From: Mustelus asterias
Taxonomy: Eukaryota
Length of the DNA stretch: 64,000 nucleotides
Reading direction: 5' to 3'
Assembly (NCBI RefSeq): GCF_964213995.1
Contig: NC_135830.1
Coordinates: 4,712,001-4,776,000 of the forward strand
Part shown: positions 48,881-63,088 of the stretch, one piece after another
Layout of the letters: every line of letters begins with the position of its first letter
How positions within the stretch are numbered: the first letter of the stretch is position 1
Notes under the pieces: generated by a model
What the model was told of the DNA's origin: nothing
Seen by the model: the letters and a program-made list of their open reading frames with translations, nothing else
The model's database searches: none
Program-made: the position numbers and the translations under genes

Positions 48881-51261
48881 TCACAGGGGAAGGAAGTTAA
48901 AATATGCAACTTGAAAGTGGCAAGATTTGACATGTGCGTCGTGTGTATCATCTGACTCTTCTTCAGAGTTTATTGTCAAAGTTACACGTTTGATTTTCCC
49001 AGCTCTGATATAACCCCATCCAGCTGGAAGATTAACCTTGTTTCTCCCTTCACAGGCGCTGTGAGTCGTGTTTTCAGTAAATGAAGAATTGAACAAAAGA
49101 TGATTGACTCCATGACTGGGAATTGAACGTGGGGCCACTGCGCCGAATCCTGATCATTATGCTCTCAGGGAAGCTGACGTGACACATTGGTAATGAGATG
49201 ATCATCTTCGTACCCATTGCTTTAATTCAAATGACTTTCCCTAAAAACATAGTCACAATGAGGAATGATGGGAAGCGTACAGGACAGGATTTGAACTTCA
49301 CTTGGAAAATCTAAATTCGTCACATTTGTCCCTGGAACCAAATGAGAAAATGTTGGAAAACCTCAGCAGGTCAGGTAGCATCTGTAAGGAGAGAAAAGAG
49401 CTGTAGCTTCGAATCCAGATGACTCACTTTCAGAGATTCCAGCATCCGCAGTAATTTGCTTTTATCCAGAACTTAACCCCTGGGCCGGGAATACAGTCTC
49501 ACTGTTTGCAATACTGTTGCTTATATCGGCAGCCAGTCATTCAGCCGGTGTTTCCGTTTGTTCCCCCTATAGGAGCAACTGCACTCCTTCCACACATTTT
49601 CCTTTCCCCCAACAACTGTTTCATTGGCACTGTTCCTCCTCTTTTTTCCTACCAGGAACGACACCGCCCACACTGCTACATTCAGTCTGAACTGTTTATC
49701 TTCAGCTGCAAGGGCCAAAGCAAACAACAATTCTGTCAATTGTGGGATTCGAAGAAACTTTTTTGCAGAAACTGGAGTATTATTTCCAGCGCCGTAGATC
49801 ACTCGGCCACGCTAAACAACATGGTAAGCGTGTTATTTACTGTTATTGTTACTGAAATACATTAGAAGCAACGGAGCTGGGAAAGGCCATCAGAAGGCTT
49901 GAATCTGCTCCTTCGCTGAATCTGGTAATCCTGAACTGTGTAACAAATAGAATCCATCTCCAGTCTGAGACAAAATGAGCTGCAGTGAAGGGTCGACACG
50001 ATTTAAACTACCTTAACCTCGCCTGTTTCCCAATCTCCTGCGAAATGAAAATAAAACTTCCTGTTGAATTTGATCACGGTCTTCACTTCAAAAAGGACGG
50101 ACACGAAGCGAGACTGAGATTTCTCTGTTCTTCCAAGAAATAGCCGATATTTATTTTCACGGTTAGGACGAGAGCAATAAATCTTCATTTTCTGACCTGC
50201 AATTAACACAGCAGGGAGGGAGCGGGAGGGGTGGGTACTGAACACAAACCACTTAACTCCAAGGGTAACGGGTGAACTGTATTTTTAAACTGACGTACCC
50301 TATGGGACGGTGGTGTAGTGTTTGGTACTGTTACCTCACAGTGCGAAAGACAAGCGTTCGATACTTGGCTTGGATCATTGTCTGTGTGGAGTCTGCACGT
50401 TCTTCGTGTCTCTGTGTGGGTTTCCTGCGAATGCTCTGGTTTCTTCCCAGAGTGCAAAGATGCGCACGGTAGTTGGATTGGCTATGCTAATTCTTCTGCT
50501 AATTACCTAAACAGGCAGCCAAGTGTGGCGACCAGCAGATTTTCACAGCAACTTCACTGAAATGTTAATGCAAGCCTACTTGTAACACGACTAAATAAAC
50601 TTTAAAATACATCTCTCTGCTTATTATTTTCATCTCAGATCATTTTCATCAGCGACAAGTATTTCCTTCAGAATATCCTGTTTAGAGGGACACACTTGGT
50701 TCTTTCAGCGAATGACAACACTTACTGTATTTGCCAGGACATGACGTCGACAGCGAGGTGAAATAGTCTCATACGTTGCTGAAGTTATCGAGGTGTACAA
50801 AAGTCTAAAGGGAACAAATGGAATAAACGTCGACCAAATGATTCCTCAATGGGGCAATGTAGAACAAGAAGACGCAGGTATAGATTGAGAGGCGGTGGAT
50901 TTAAATCTGAAATGAGGAGGACGTACTTCTCGCAGAGAGTGTTCTCGCAGAGTGGCGAGTGTCTGGAATTCGTTGCCCCAGAACGCGGTGGGTTCTGAAA
51001 GATTGAATGGTTTCAAAAGGAGATAGATATATTTCTGATTTTTTCAAAAAATGTTGAAAGGGAAATGAGGAACAGATGGGGAAGTGGACTTGACCTCTTT
51101 TTAAGGAAACAATGGGGAAGTGGACTTGAGACCAGGGAAAGATCAGCCATGATCTGATTGAATGACGGAGCAGGCTCGAAGGGCTGAATTTGCCTCTTTG
51201 AGCTCCTGATTCCTATGTTTCCATATTACTGAGTGGAACTTGCAAAACTCAATGTGGCTCC

Positions 51262-51870
51262 AAAGAACAAAGAACAATGCAGCACAGGAACAGGCCCTTC
51301 GGCCCTCCAAGCCCGCGCCGCTCTCTGGTCCAAACTAGACCATTCTTTTGTATCCCTCCATTCCCACTCCGTTCATGTGGCTATCTAGATAAGTCTTAAA
51401 CGTTCCCAGTTTGTCCGCCTCCACCACCTTGCCCGGCAGCGCATTCCAGGCCCCCACCTCCCTCTGTGTAAAATACGTCCTTCTGATATCCGTGTTAAAC
51501 CTCCCACCCTCACCTTGAACCTATGACCCCTCGTGAACGTCACCACCGACCTGTGAAAAAGCTTCCCACCGTTCACCCTAACTATGCCTTTCATAACTTT
51601 ATACACCTCTATTCGGTCACCCCTCATCCTCCGTCTTTCCAGTGAGAACAACTCCAGTTTACCCAATCTCTCCGAATAACTAAGCCCTTCCATACCAGGC
51701 AGCATCCTGGTAAACCTCCTCTGCACTCTCTCTGAAGCCTCTATGTCCTTCCGGTAGTGTGGCAACCAGAACTGGGTGCAGTATTCCAAATGCGGCCAAA
51801 CCAACGTTCTATACAACTGCAACATCAGACCCCAACTTTTAAACTCTATGCCCCGTCCTATAAAGGCAAG
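51262..51870 (-). mobile_element. CR1 LINE 3' fragment
   Basis: ORF 51385-51921 with HLEYCTQFW...RGDRIEVYK. Confidence 0.85.
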
Positions 51871-52260
51871 CAATCCAGTGTAATCTATGTACATTACATT
51901 CACCGGTTCCCCTTTATCCACAGCACATGTGTGTCCTGGAAAGAACTTCGGAACGGCCTAATTCTGTGGTTAATCGCTTTGTGTTTCTTTGTTTCCCTCA
52001 TCTCACCTCTCCTGACTTCCACCCGACAGGATGTTATGTTTCCTCCCTCCTGCATCTCATTTGCTCGAAACGTTCTACATTTTTAAGCATCCCCAGTGTC
52101 AGTTAAAGGGTATAGAGGTGAAAGATGAGCTTTGTTTCTCTGTGCACACACACTCTCTGACTTTCTGAGCGATTCCAGCATTTTCAACTTTCACTGCAGA
52201 TGTATGATCAATTTTGGATGACAATGAAAATATAATTATTTGGCAAATATTTGCAACGAA

Positions 52261-52338
52261 GGCTCGTTGGTCTAGGGGTATGATTCTCGCTTTGGGTGTT
52301 GAAATTCGCAAGCTTGCGAGAGGTCCCGGGTTCAAATC
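52261..52338 (+). pseudogene. tRNA-Pro(TGG) with 18-nt insertion at the canonical intron position; 3' end missing
   Basis: Exact Pro 5' half GGCTCGTTGGTCTAGGGGTATGATTCTCGCTTTGGG, insert 52297-52314, then TGCGAGAGGTCCCGGGTTCAAATC; lacks CCGGACGAGCCC. Confidence 0.85.
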
Positions 52339-52537
52339 AATTTCTGCTGTTTTGAATTGGACAAGGTACTGGTTCTGTAAATTTATTTTCCGTGTACACG
52401 GCGGGATTGCTTCATATGGGCTTTGGGTTGAGAACCTGAACACATTCTAACGCCATAGCAGGCTCACAAGTAAATCAAAACATTTTCAATGGCTGACTCT
52501 GCTTGCAGACACGAATTGAGAGGACCTCATTCCTTCG

Positions 52538-55157
52538 ACAGAGGCCCTATGGGTGGAGCTGAGAAACAGGAAAGGTATGACCACATCAATGGGCTTGTAT
52601 TATAGACCACCCAATAGTCAGCGAGAATTGGAGGAGCAAATCAGCGGAGAGATAGCAGACAACTGCAAGAAACACAAAGTTGTGATAGTAGGAGATTTTA
52701 ATTTTCCACATATAGATTGGGACTCGCATACTGTTAAAGGTTTAGACGGGGTAGAGTTTGTAAAATGTGTTCAGGAGAATTTTCTACATCAGTATATAGA
52801 GGTGCCAACTAGAGAGGATGCGATATTGGATCTCCTATTGGGAAATGAGTTAGGGCAGGTGATGGATGTGAGTGTGAGGGAACACTTTGGATCCAGTGAT
52901 CATAATGCCATTAGTTTCAACCTGATCGTGGAGAAGGATAGACCTGGTCCTCGGGTTGAAGTTCTGAACTGGAAAAAGGCCAAATTTGATGAAATGAGAA
53001 GGGATCTGGGAAGTGTGGATTGGCACAGGCTGTTCTCTGGTAAGGATGTAAATGGAAAGTGGGAGGCCTTCAAAGGAGAAATTTTGAGAGTGCAGAGTTT
53101 GTATGTTCCTGTCAGGATTAAAGGCAAAGTAAATAGGAATAAGGAACCTTGGTTCTCGAGGGAGATTGTAACACTGATTAAGAGGAAGAGAGAGTTGTAT
53201 GAAATGTACAGGCAGCAAGGAACAGATCAGACGCTCGAGGAGTATAAAAAGTGCAAGAAGCTACTTAAGAGGGAAATCAGGAGGGCAAAAAGAAGACATG
53301 AGGTTGCTTTGGCAGACAGAGTGAAGGAAAATCCAAAGAGCTTCTATAGGTATGTTAGGAGCAAAAGGATAATGAGGGATAAAATTGGTCCTCTTGAAGA
53401 CCAGAGTGGTAGACTGTGTATGGAACCACAAGAGATAGGGGAGATACTAAATGGGTTTTTTGCATCCGTATTTACTGAGGAAACCGGCAAGGAGTCCACG
53501 GAAATAGGTCAAACTGGTAGGGAGGACACGGAACCATTACAGATTAAAGGGGAGGAGGTGCTTGCTGTCTTGAGGCAAATCAGAGTGGATAAATCCCCAG
53601 GACCGGACAGGGTATTCCCACGGACCTTGAGGGAAGCTAGTGTTGAACTTGCAGGGGCCCTGGCAGACATATTTAAAATGTCAGTATTCACGGGGGAGGT
53701 GCCGGATGATTGGAGGATGGCTCATGTTGTTCCGTTGTTTAAAAAAGGTTCCAAAAGAAATCCCGGAAATTATCGGCCAGTAAGTTTGACGTCGGTGGTG
53801 GGCAAGTTATTGGAAGGTGTGATAAGGGATAGGATCTACAAATATTTGGATAGACAGGGACTTATTAGGGAGAGTCAACATGGCTTTGTGCGTGGTAGGT
53901 CATGTTTGACCAATCTATTAGAGCTTGTCGAGGAGGTTACCAGGAAAGTGGATGAAGGGAAGGCGGTGGATGTTGTCTACCTGGATTTCAGCAAGACCTT
54001 TGACAAGGTCCCTCATCGGAGGTTAGTTAGGAAGGTTCAGTCGCTGGGTATACATGGGGAGGTAGTAAATTGGATAAGACACTGGCTCAATGGAAGAAGC
54101 CAGAGAGTGGTTGTGGAGGATTGCTTCTCTGAGTGGAGGCCTGTGACTAGTGGTGTGCCGCACGGATCGGTGTTGGGTCCATTGTTGTTTGTCATCTATA
54201 TCAATGATCTGGATGATAATGTGGTAAATTGGATCAGCAAGTTTGCTGATGATACAAAGATTGGAGGTGTAGTGGACAGTGAGGAAGGTTTTCAAAGCTT
54301 GCAGAGGGATTTGGACCAACCAGAAAAATGGGCTGAAAATGGCAAACGGAATTTAACGCAGACAAGTGTGAGATATTGCACTTTGGAAGGACAAACCAAA
54401 GAAGAACGTACAGGGTAAATGGTAGGACTCTGAAGAGTGCAGTTGAACAGAGGGATCTGGGAATACAGGTACAGAATTCCCTAAAAGCGACGTCACAGGT
54501 GGATAGGGTCGTAAAGAGTGCCTTTGGTACATTGGCCTTTATAAATCGGAGTATCGAGTATAAAAGTTGGAGTGTTATGGTAAGGTTATATAAGGCATTG
54601 GTGAGGCCGAATTTGGAATATTGTGTATAGTTTTGGTCACCTAGTTACAGGAAGGATGTAAATACGATTGAAAGAGTGCAGGGAAGGTTCACAAGAATGT
54701 TGCCGGGACTTGAGAAGCTGAGTTACAGAGAGAGATTGAATAGGTTGGGACTTTATTCCCTGGAGCGTAGAAGATTGAGGGGAGATTTGATAGAGGTGTA
54801 TAAGATTTTGATGGGTATAGATAGAGTGAATGCAAGCAGGCTTTTTCCGCTGAGGCTAGGGGAGAAAAAAACCAGAGGGCATGGTTGAAGGGTGAAAGGA
54901 GAAAAGTTTAAAGGGAATATTAGCGGGGGCTTCTTCACGCAGAGAATGGTGGGAGTGTGGAATGAGCTGCCGGATAAAGTGGTAAATGCGGGGTCACTTT
55001 TAACATTTAAGAAAAACTTGGACGGGTTCATGGATGAGATGGGTGTGGAGGGATATGGTCCAAGTGCAGGTCAGTGGGACTAGGCATAAAATGGTTCGGC
55101 ACAGACAAGAAGGGCCAAAAGGCCTGTTTCTGAGCTGTTTTTCTATGCTTCTATGCT
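52538..55157 (+). mobile_element. CR1 LINE, young 5'-truncated copy (partial APE endonuclease + RT)
   Basis: 621-aa ORF with YRPP, GDFNFP, SDH, KSPGPD, NYRPVSL, QHGF, FADD; frameshift ~54340, stops at 54628 and 54886; (TTCTATGC) tail. Confidence 0.93.
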
Positions 55158-56688
55158 TCAGACGACCTCCCACGTTATGGGAGACTCGGGGAAATTGCGG
55201 GTCCCCTTGCAGAGATATCTGAATCATCGAAAGCCACAGGTGATCTGCCTGAAGACTGGAGGGTGGGAAATGCCGTGCTTTTGTTTAAAAAGGGTTGCAG
55301 GGAGAAGCCTGGGAGCTACAGGCTGCTGAGCCTCACATCTGTAGTGGGGACGTTGTTCGAAGGTAGTCTGAGAAACAGGATCTGGAGGCATTGAGAGAGG
55401 CAAGGACTGATCAGCATGGTTCTGTGAGTGGAAAATCATGTCTCACAAATTTGATTGAGTTTTTTGAAAGGGTAACCAAGAAGGCCGATGAGGGCAGTGT
55501 AATTGATGTTGTCTGCATGGACATTAGGAGGCATTTGACAAGATACCGCATGGCAGGTTGTTGCATAAGTTTAATCTTACGGTATTCCGCGTGAGGTAGC
55601 CAAATGGATGTAAAATTGGCTTGATGATAGGAGACAGAGGGTGGTTGTAGAGAGTTGCTTTCAAATTGGAGGCCTGTCACCAGCGGTGTGCCTCAGGGTC
55701 GGTCCTGGTTCCACTGTTATTTGTCATTTATTTTAATGATTTTGATGAGAATTTAGCAGGCATGGTTAGTAAGTTTGCAGATGACACCAAGATTGGAGGC
55801 ATTATGCACAGTGAAGAAGGTTATCGAGAATTGCAGCGGGATCTTGATCAATTGGGCTAGTGGGCTGACGAATGGCAAATGGAGTTTAGTTTAGATGAAT
55901 GCGAGGTGATGCATTTTGGTAGATCGAACCAGGACAGGACTTGCTCAATTAATGGTCGGGCGTTGGTGAGAGTTTTAGAAAAAAAGATATCTTGGGGTAC
56001 AGTTCATCGCTCCTTCAAAGTTTAGTCACAGGTGGACGGTGGCGGAGAAGGCATTCAGCATGCTTGGTTTCATTGGCCAGAACATTGAATAGAGGAGTTG
56101 GGATGTCTTGTTGAAGTTGTACAAGACATTGGTAAGGCCACACTTGGAATACTGTGTACAGCTCTGGCCACCCTATTCTCGAAAGGATATTATTAAACTA
56201 GAAGGAATGCAGAAAAGATTTACTAGGATGATGCCGGGACTGATATTTTGAGTTATAAGGAGAGGATGGATAGACTTGGACTTTTTTCTCTGGAGCATGG
56301 AAGACTGAGGGTGATCTTATAGAGGTCTATAAAATAATGAGGGGAATAGATCAGCTAGATAGTCAATATTTTTCTCAAAGGTAGGGGAGTCTAAAACTGG
56401 AGGGCATAGGTTTAAGGTGAGAGGGGAGAGATACAAAGTGCCCAGATGGTCAATCTTTTCACATGGAGGATGGTGAGTGTCTGGAATAAGCTGCCAGATG
56501 TAGTAGGAGAGGCGGGTACAGGTTTGTCTTTTAAAAAGTGTTTAGACAGTTAAATGGGTAAGATGGTTATAGAGGGATATGGGCCCAACACAGGCAATTG
56601 GGACAAGTTTAGTGTTTAAAAAAGTGGCGGCATGGACAATGTGGGGCGAAGGGCCTGTTTCCATGCTGTAAACCTCCATGACTCTATG
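55158..56688 (+). mobile_element. Older CR1 LINE RT/3' fragment adjoining the young copy
   Basis: Degenerate KSCLTNLIEFF, FADDTKIGG, RPHLEYC motifs and CR1 3' tail. Confidence 0.85.
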
Positions 56689-57305
56689 CTTGTAATTCGG
56701 ACAGCTGGCTGTGTGTTTATTATGATTCATTCGTGGGTTGTGTGTCCATCCCAATCTCTGTCACTGTCTGTCTCACTTTGTCTCTATAACTGTCCCATTC
56801 TTTTCTCCCCTCAGTCTCTCTGTCTGTGCATCTATCACTGTTCATTTTTTTGCTCTTTTTTTCTGCTGTGTCTGTGTGAGCTAAATTCCCTGGATTGATT
56901 TCTGTGATGAGGCGGTTGTCCAGGGAGGAGATATTCAGTGGGATGAGTCTGTTCTTTCTATAGTTCAGAATAACCAGAAGTAATCTGATTAAAAATTCTG
57001 AAACTGGGAGACAGTTTTACAGTGTCCATACCGAAACGTTGATTTCACCTAGCCGGGAGACTTGGAACAAAAATATTAAGGCGAAACATGTAAGAGGAGT
57101 TTGCTATGTTAGGATGGAGATGAAACTAAGAAGTGGAGGATGTGAATGAAATTATTGATGATTGAGAGGAATACATTGAAACCTCGGGGATTCTGTCGGT
57201 CGATTAATTGTAAACTTTGCAATCAGAATAAACTGAGACAACAAATGGACAAAAAAAAGGTTAGTCTTCACATATTTTAGGATATGGAGTGCCGCTTCTT
57301 CCGTG

Positions 57306-57370
57306 TTCCTGTCTAGCTCAGTCGGTAAAACATGAAGCTTTAATTTCAGGGTTTGAGCCCCAGTTAGGTG
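57306..57370 (+). pseudogene. tRNA-Lys pseudogene (paralog of the 33005 gene)
   Basis: CTAGCTCAGTCGGTAAAACATGA...TCAGGGTTTGAGCCCC; internal deletion; homologous flanks. Confidence 0.7.
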
Positions 57371-58790
57371 TCATTACTTTTAAACTTTGCTGCTTTCCTG
57401 GGTGAACTCCAGCTCCACTTTCCCCCGGCAGTGTCAACGTTCAAACTGAGACTTTCTCCATCCCACTTTGTTCACATCACATTTATTGCTTTCTGCTTTA
57501 AAGCTGTCTCTGTTTCCCTGGAAGTCGACGAGTTTAGTGCTTTATTCAGCGAGAAGGATTCTTCCAATTTTGCGCCAAATTTGAAACCAAATCTGGGATA
57601 TTGTGTCAGTGGAAACAATAATCATTCCCGTTGTAATTCAATCACTTCAGCCTTACATTTTACCGTAAGGACGTTTGATCTTTCCTCCTCTCATGCTCTG
57701 TTTTCCTTGACTCTGTATTCGTTGTAAACCATTAAATCTCTAATTTCTTCCAGTTTAATCCCACATCGTATCTGTTTCTCTGCATCTCCGTCGGTTACAG
57801 GACCACAAGTTTTTTTCCAAGTATTCTATTTTCAAAACCAATGGAGAGTTGTGCCTCATCACAGTTCAGGCTGTGAGTTCTATAAGCCACCGTCTGGGTG
57901 AAATGCATTACTGAACCACTCCCACTAATCCTGCCATTAATTCTGTTACATTAAATAGTTTAATTTCCTGTGACTCTGTTGGTAACGATTTTGGAATGTC
58001 ATTAGGCCAAATTGCATTACTGTGACTTGAACACAACAATATAGGTTAAAATTCCGGAATAACTGAGAGATTGCTGCACTAACGGATATTTTAAACTGAG
58101 GTTCCCTCTGCCCCATCAGGTGTGAAGGGAATATCCCATGAAGGAATATTTGTTCGGCTGCAATGATAAACGTGTTCCATTTACTCCCAGTGAAGTGGGG
58201 GGCAGTTTTCACTGACAGCTTCAGTGGATTGATAAACAGAGCCAATCGAGTTGTGCAGCGACACAATGCAATTCCAATGGAAGAACATAGACTAGAAATG
58301 TAAACAATGTTTCGCTCTTCACAGAAGCACTCAGATTGGCTGAAAGTTCCAGGATTTACTGCTTTTATTGCAATGTAAATCATCTGCAGCAGGATCACTG
58401 TTTCCGAGTTGGAAATGTTACATGGGTGACAGGCTGAGATCAAACACAGATAGTCAAAGGCAGTGATGGGCTCCAAAGCGCTGACGATGGAGATGGTGAT
58501 ACAAGCTAAAATCCGGGTGGTATTAGGTCAGATTTAACCGTTTACACTGACAGAAATATCACTAATTTCTGGATAAAAATCTCGGGCTAAATGACTTCTA
58601 AAAAACTTCTCCCTGAATGAAACACTAAACTATTTGACTTCTACTGATTGCAAATAGTTTTTATTCAGAAATCTGTAATTGTGAGATGAACAATGCGAGA
58701 TGGAGAAAGCCTCAGTTTGAGTGGTGTCACTGCCGGAGGAATGGAGAGCTGGAATTTAACCAGGAAATCAGCAAAGTTTAAAAACAATGG

Positions 58791-58861
58791 CGCCTAACGT
58801 GGAACTTGAACCCAAGACTCTGCAATTACATCTGCCATGCAACCGACTAAGGTAGCCAGGC
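58791..58861 (-). pseudogene. tRNA-Lys pseudogene
   Basis: CGCCTAACGTGGAACTTGAACCC...ACCGACTAAGGTAGCCAGGC is a degenerate reverse complement of Lys-CTT. Confidence 0.6.
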
Positions 58862-61553
58862 TACTGCTGTGATAACCCTTGTCCGACTCTTAATACCCAA
58901 ATGTTGTTCGAATCTGGTGTCTCAGTTTGTTCTGATTACAAAGTTTACAATTAACGGGCCAACAGCATCCCCAAGGTTACCAAAAGAGAAAATGCTGGAA
59001 AATCCCAGCAGGTCTGCCAGAATGAGAAAGGAGCTGAAGTTTCGAGTCCAGGTGACACTTTTCCAAAGCTCAATTTGAAATGTCAGCTTTGAAAAGGGCC
59101 ATCTGGACTCGAAGCGTCAGCTCATTTCTCTCCTTACAGATATTGCCAGACCTGCTGAGATTTTCCAGCATTTCCCCTTTTGGTTTCAGATTCCAGCATC
59201 CGCAGCAATTTGCTTTTATCCCCAAGGTTACAATGCGTTCCTCTCAACCATCAATAACATCACTCAAATCTTCTACTTTTTAGCTGCAGTTCTTTCAAAC
59301 ATTACAAACTCCTCTTACATCTTTCATTCTGCTCTTTTCTCTGTAACATTTCAAGATTCAACTTTTGAACGAGTATGAATCATGTTGTGACGGTAACAAG
59401 CTGTTCGTTTCCATCGGGAACTGAAGCACACTGAGACACAGAGAAAACGAAGCAAATACACACACCTGAGAGACAGGGGCCTAAGGAGAGACAAACACAA
59501 TGAAAACAAGGCTGACACTAACATGGTTCTGATGGTGTTCCAGTTCCGGCTGCAGCATCCGTGAATGTTTCTGTGAATTAACGGAAATGGGAACACGCCC
59601 GAGTTTTTGCATGGATTTGATTTAATTGACTCTGTAGACATACAATTAAAAGCAGGAATAATAAAAAGCGGGAAATCCCAATGGATTTTAACTCGATCAC
59701 GTTAATCACTCGGACATGATTACTAGTTTCTAAGATATTAAGCCAACCGCAGGTCCAATGTATCAGTTACTCTACAATTTACTTGAAACGTCATTACTTT
59801 TAACGTCATTAATCGAACATGTAATCACTAAAAATTCATGCAGTAGAATGTAGCATTATTCATTTTGACAGGAGGAACGAGCAGAGGCAATGCAAATATG
59901 AATTACTGTGCGCAATTGATAGGCTTGTGGAACCAGCTTCGTTCCTCCTCCAGCAAAGTAGATCCGCGAGTTCAAAACCCGTCATCGTGTATGTGCAGTG
60001 TAGTGGTTATCAAATTCGCCTCACACGCGAAAATCTCTGTTTCGAAACCCGAAACAAGCACTTCCAATGCTTCAGTTTCAGAATAGCTCCGATTTCAGTA
60101 TGATTTGCATTCGTCATTAAGCATCAATTGCGTTGCTGCGCGTAATCAGCATTTTCTGCTTTCAGTCTGTGTCTGTGAAGGGCAAAACAAGACTCACCTT
60201 CCAGCTGGATATCTTGTGTCAGACTTGGAAAAGTCAGAGATGTAACAACAACAACAAGCTCAGAAGATAAATCACATGGCCCAAACATTGTTCACCCAAG
60301 GATCTGATACCTGTCCAAATCTGCCGCTCTCAAGTCAGATTTTTTTATCTCCCTGTTCTACTTCTCAGACATTTCCACACCTATCAAATATCAACCAACA
60401 AAAATTCAGTCTGCTCCTCACTCCACAGTTTATGGTAAACTTTCTGATCTTCGCAAGTAGCTGCCTTCATTACAGCACAGTTTTTTTTTGTAAACCAATA
60501 GTCGCGAGTCAAATTCTCGCTGGAGTCTGAGGTTACGTTTGAGATTCCGGTAACAAGTTAGATGGTGAAGTAAGTTGTGGGGAGGAGACAGATTAATGAG
60601 CAAGAAAATTTAGTTACGGAGAGAGAGAAGTAGAAGGAACAGGACCTACTTGAAAAAGTTGAGAAAGTTATGTGTTGATGCTCAAAGTGGTGAATGGGAA
60701 TTTTGGTTTTCATTATCAGGGAAATGAAATGCAAGAATCAAGAAGTCTGCCACAATTGTAACCTGGTTCTCCTGAGACCACAGCTGCAACACTCTGTGCA
60801 GTTTTGATCCCCACGATGGAGAACTGATAGACTTGCATTGGAAGTTGTCGAGGGAATGCTCGAAAGATTGGATCCTGAGATGAGGGAGTTGTCCTATGAT
60901 GAAAGGCTGAGTAAATTGGGTGTTTATTCTCTGGAGTCAGACGAAAGAAAGGAGATTGTTTCCGCTGGTCAGAGAATCTAAAGGACGGGACACAGTCTCA
61001 GGATGTGGGGCTGATCATTTTGAACTGTGTAAGATGCTATATCAGAGAGTTGGTTCAGAATTGATGTCCTGATTCTGCATTGCGGGAACACAATGATAGG
61101 AATAGATTTAGCAATGTCGAATTCAAATAAAATTAGACAAATTATATTCGTCCTGCACATATTATCAAGCCTATTGTCATTCTCAGTAACTGATAGAAAT
61201 TGATGCTCTGATTGTAGATATAGAACTGTAACGCACCATCACACCGAGTAAATCCACTGCCCGTTTAAATGTTGATGAGTGAAATTTTAATCAGCTTCCG
61301 TTATGAAAACATGCCGGAACTGACTCAATAAAGTCTCCATTCAAAATAAAACGTCATTTCCTCTTACAACTTCAAAGCTTTTGTTATTTTTGTACCATTT
61401 AGCGTGAAGATTTATACAGCAATTGAACAGAGATTTGATGCTAAAATATGTCGACATGTTCCCTCCGGGTACATAACCACAGTGACGCACACAGAGGAGC
61501 AAACGTAAACATAGACGTTGAGCGTGACAGACGCTTGAGGAACGACAAAGGCG

Positions 61554-61626
61554 GAGGCTTGACGCTCAGTTGTCGAGAATTTGACTGCACATCTAGAGGT
61601 TCCTTGTTCAATTCGGGATGTCCTCT
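61554..61626 (+). pseudogene. tRNA-Cys pseudogene (paralog of the 35810 gene)
   Basis: GCTCAGTTGTCGAGAATTTGACTGCACATCTAGAGGT...GTTCAATTC; downstream flank matches 35.9-36.5 kb. Confidence 0.6.
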
Positions 61627-63088
61627 TCAGTATTTAACTGGATTTTTTTGTAATTCTGACAGTCCTTCAGTGGTTGTAAAGTTATTTATGACGTCCGCTG
61701 GTTGGAAGAGGCTCTATATAAATGCAAGTCTGACTGTATTTAACGATCTTCAATCCCAGTCCTCTGGTTACTGACTCAAGTCAATGGGAATAGTTTGTCC
61801 ATATCTGCTCTATCAAACGGCCCTTTTTCCATTTTTGGCAGAAGGATTTAACCACTGCATCAAAACAACACTGTGGAGGTAAAGTAGTCGAAGGAACTTG
61901 TTTAGATTTGTAAACTATATCATCATGTGGTCTTCCTGTATCAGGTTTGGTGCAAATCGAACTGGCGTCAAATTTGCAGAGAAAAAGCTTCCAGCCTGAT
62001 TAAGAATGTCGTGCGTTGCTTCAGCCGTGTCATCCTCTCTGGCGCGATCGGTCAGCGAACATGATTATGAACCGAAAGAGTGGTGATTCGCGACCGTCCG
62101 GAGACGGCACTGCCGCTGTGTTTCAGTTTCCCCCACCAGCTTTTATTGTTACATAGTTTTTCTTTAACATTTCGTCCATGGGCCTCAATGAAAGTATTTC
62201 TCATGTGCTTCCAGCTCTGCTGTTAACCGGTGTTATCGACATTACTAATTCAGTGAATATTCATCCCAAACACATTTGTAGTAATTTATATATTTCAAAT
62301 ACTATTAAACTTAATAACTGAACGCGAAACTTTAACTCATGGTTAATCCTGGGTTTCAATTTAATTTTCCCACCCACTCCACTTCATTCCCGGTTCAATC
62401 AGAAATCTGTCCATCCCAGCCTGAAGTGTGTTCAGTGAAAGAGCTAGTCTCATTCCAAATCTCTTGCTAGTGGTTCTGGAGAATAGAAGAATGGTTAGTG
62501 ACTAGCGCCACTGTCACACAGCTCGCTGGACCCTGTTCGATTCCTGGCTGGAACCATTGGCTGTGTGGGTTTTCCCCATGTCTGTGTGGGTTTCTTCTGG
62601 GTGCTGTGGTTTTCCCCCGCGTTCTGAAAGACGTGCTGATTAGGTGAATTGACATGAACTGTGACGACTCGGGTAGCTTCACTGCAGTGTTAATGTAAGC
62701 TGGATTTGTGACGAAAAAATGAATTAAAGAATGAGAGGGGATGTCACTGAAACTTACACAATTTTGACAAGGCTTTATAGACTCGAGAAACTTATGAATG
62801 TTGATACTGATTTGGTTGCGTTTGTACAAGAAATGCAGTTTTATTCCATTTCTGACGAGAAGTTTGTAAGTAGCTCAGATTTCATGCAGCAAAATGAATG
62901 GTATTCATTTTGACAGGAGGAACCAGCAGAGGCAATAAGTTGCTGGGGGTAATTGACAAGATTGTGAAAATGAGCGATTTTGTTTCTCACCGCAGTTCAA
63001 ACTGGGTCAACTGTTATTCCTGTTTTCAATCAGGAAATAATTCCAGCTCCTCTTCATTCATCTGCTACACGCATTCAATAAATTTTCA

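Noticed and set aside
52553-54418. 621-aa ORF as a host gene or novel RT system
   Set aside because: Ordinary truncated CR1 ORF2 with a downstream frameshift and stops
57946-58476. 176-aa ORF and the many other 60-180-aa ORFs
   Set aside because: No recognisable domain or splice context; they overlap repeats or tRNA-unit spacers
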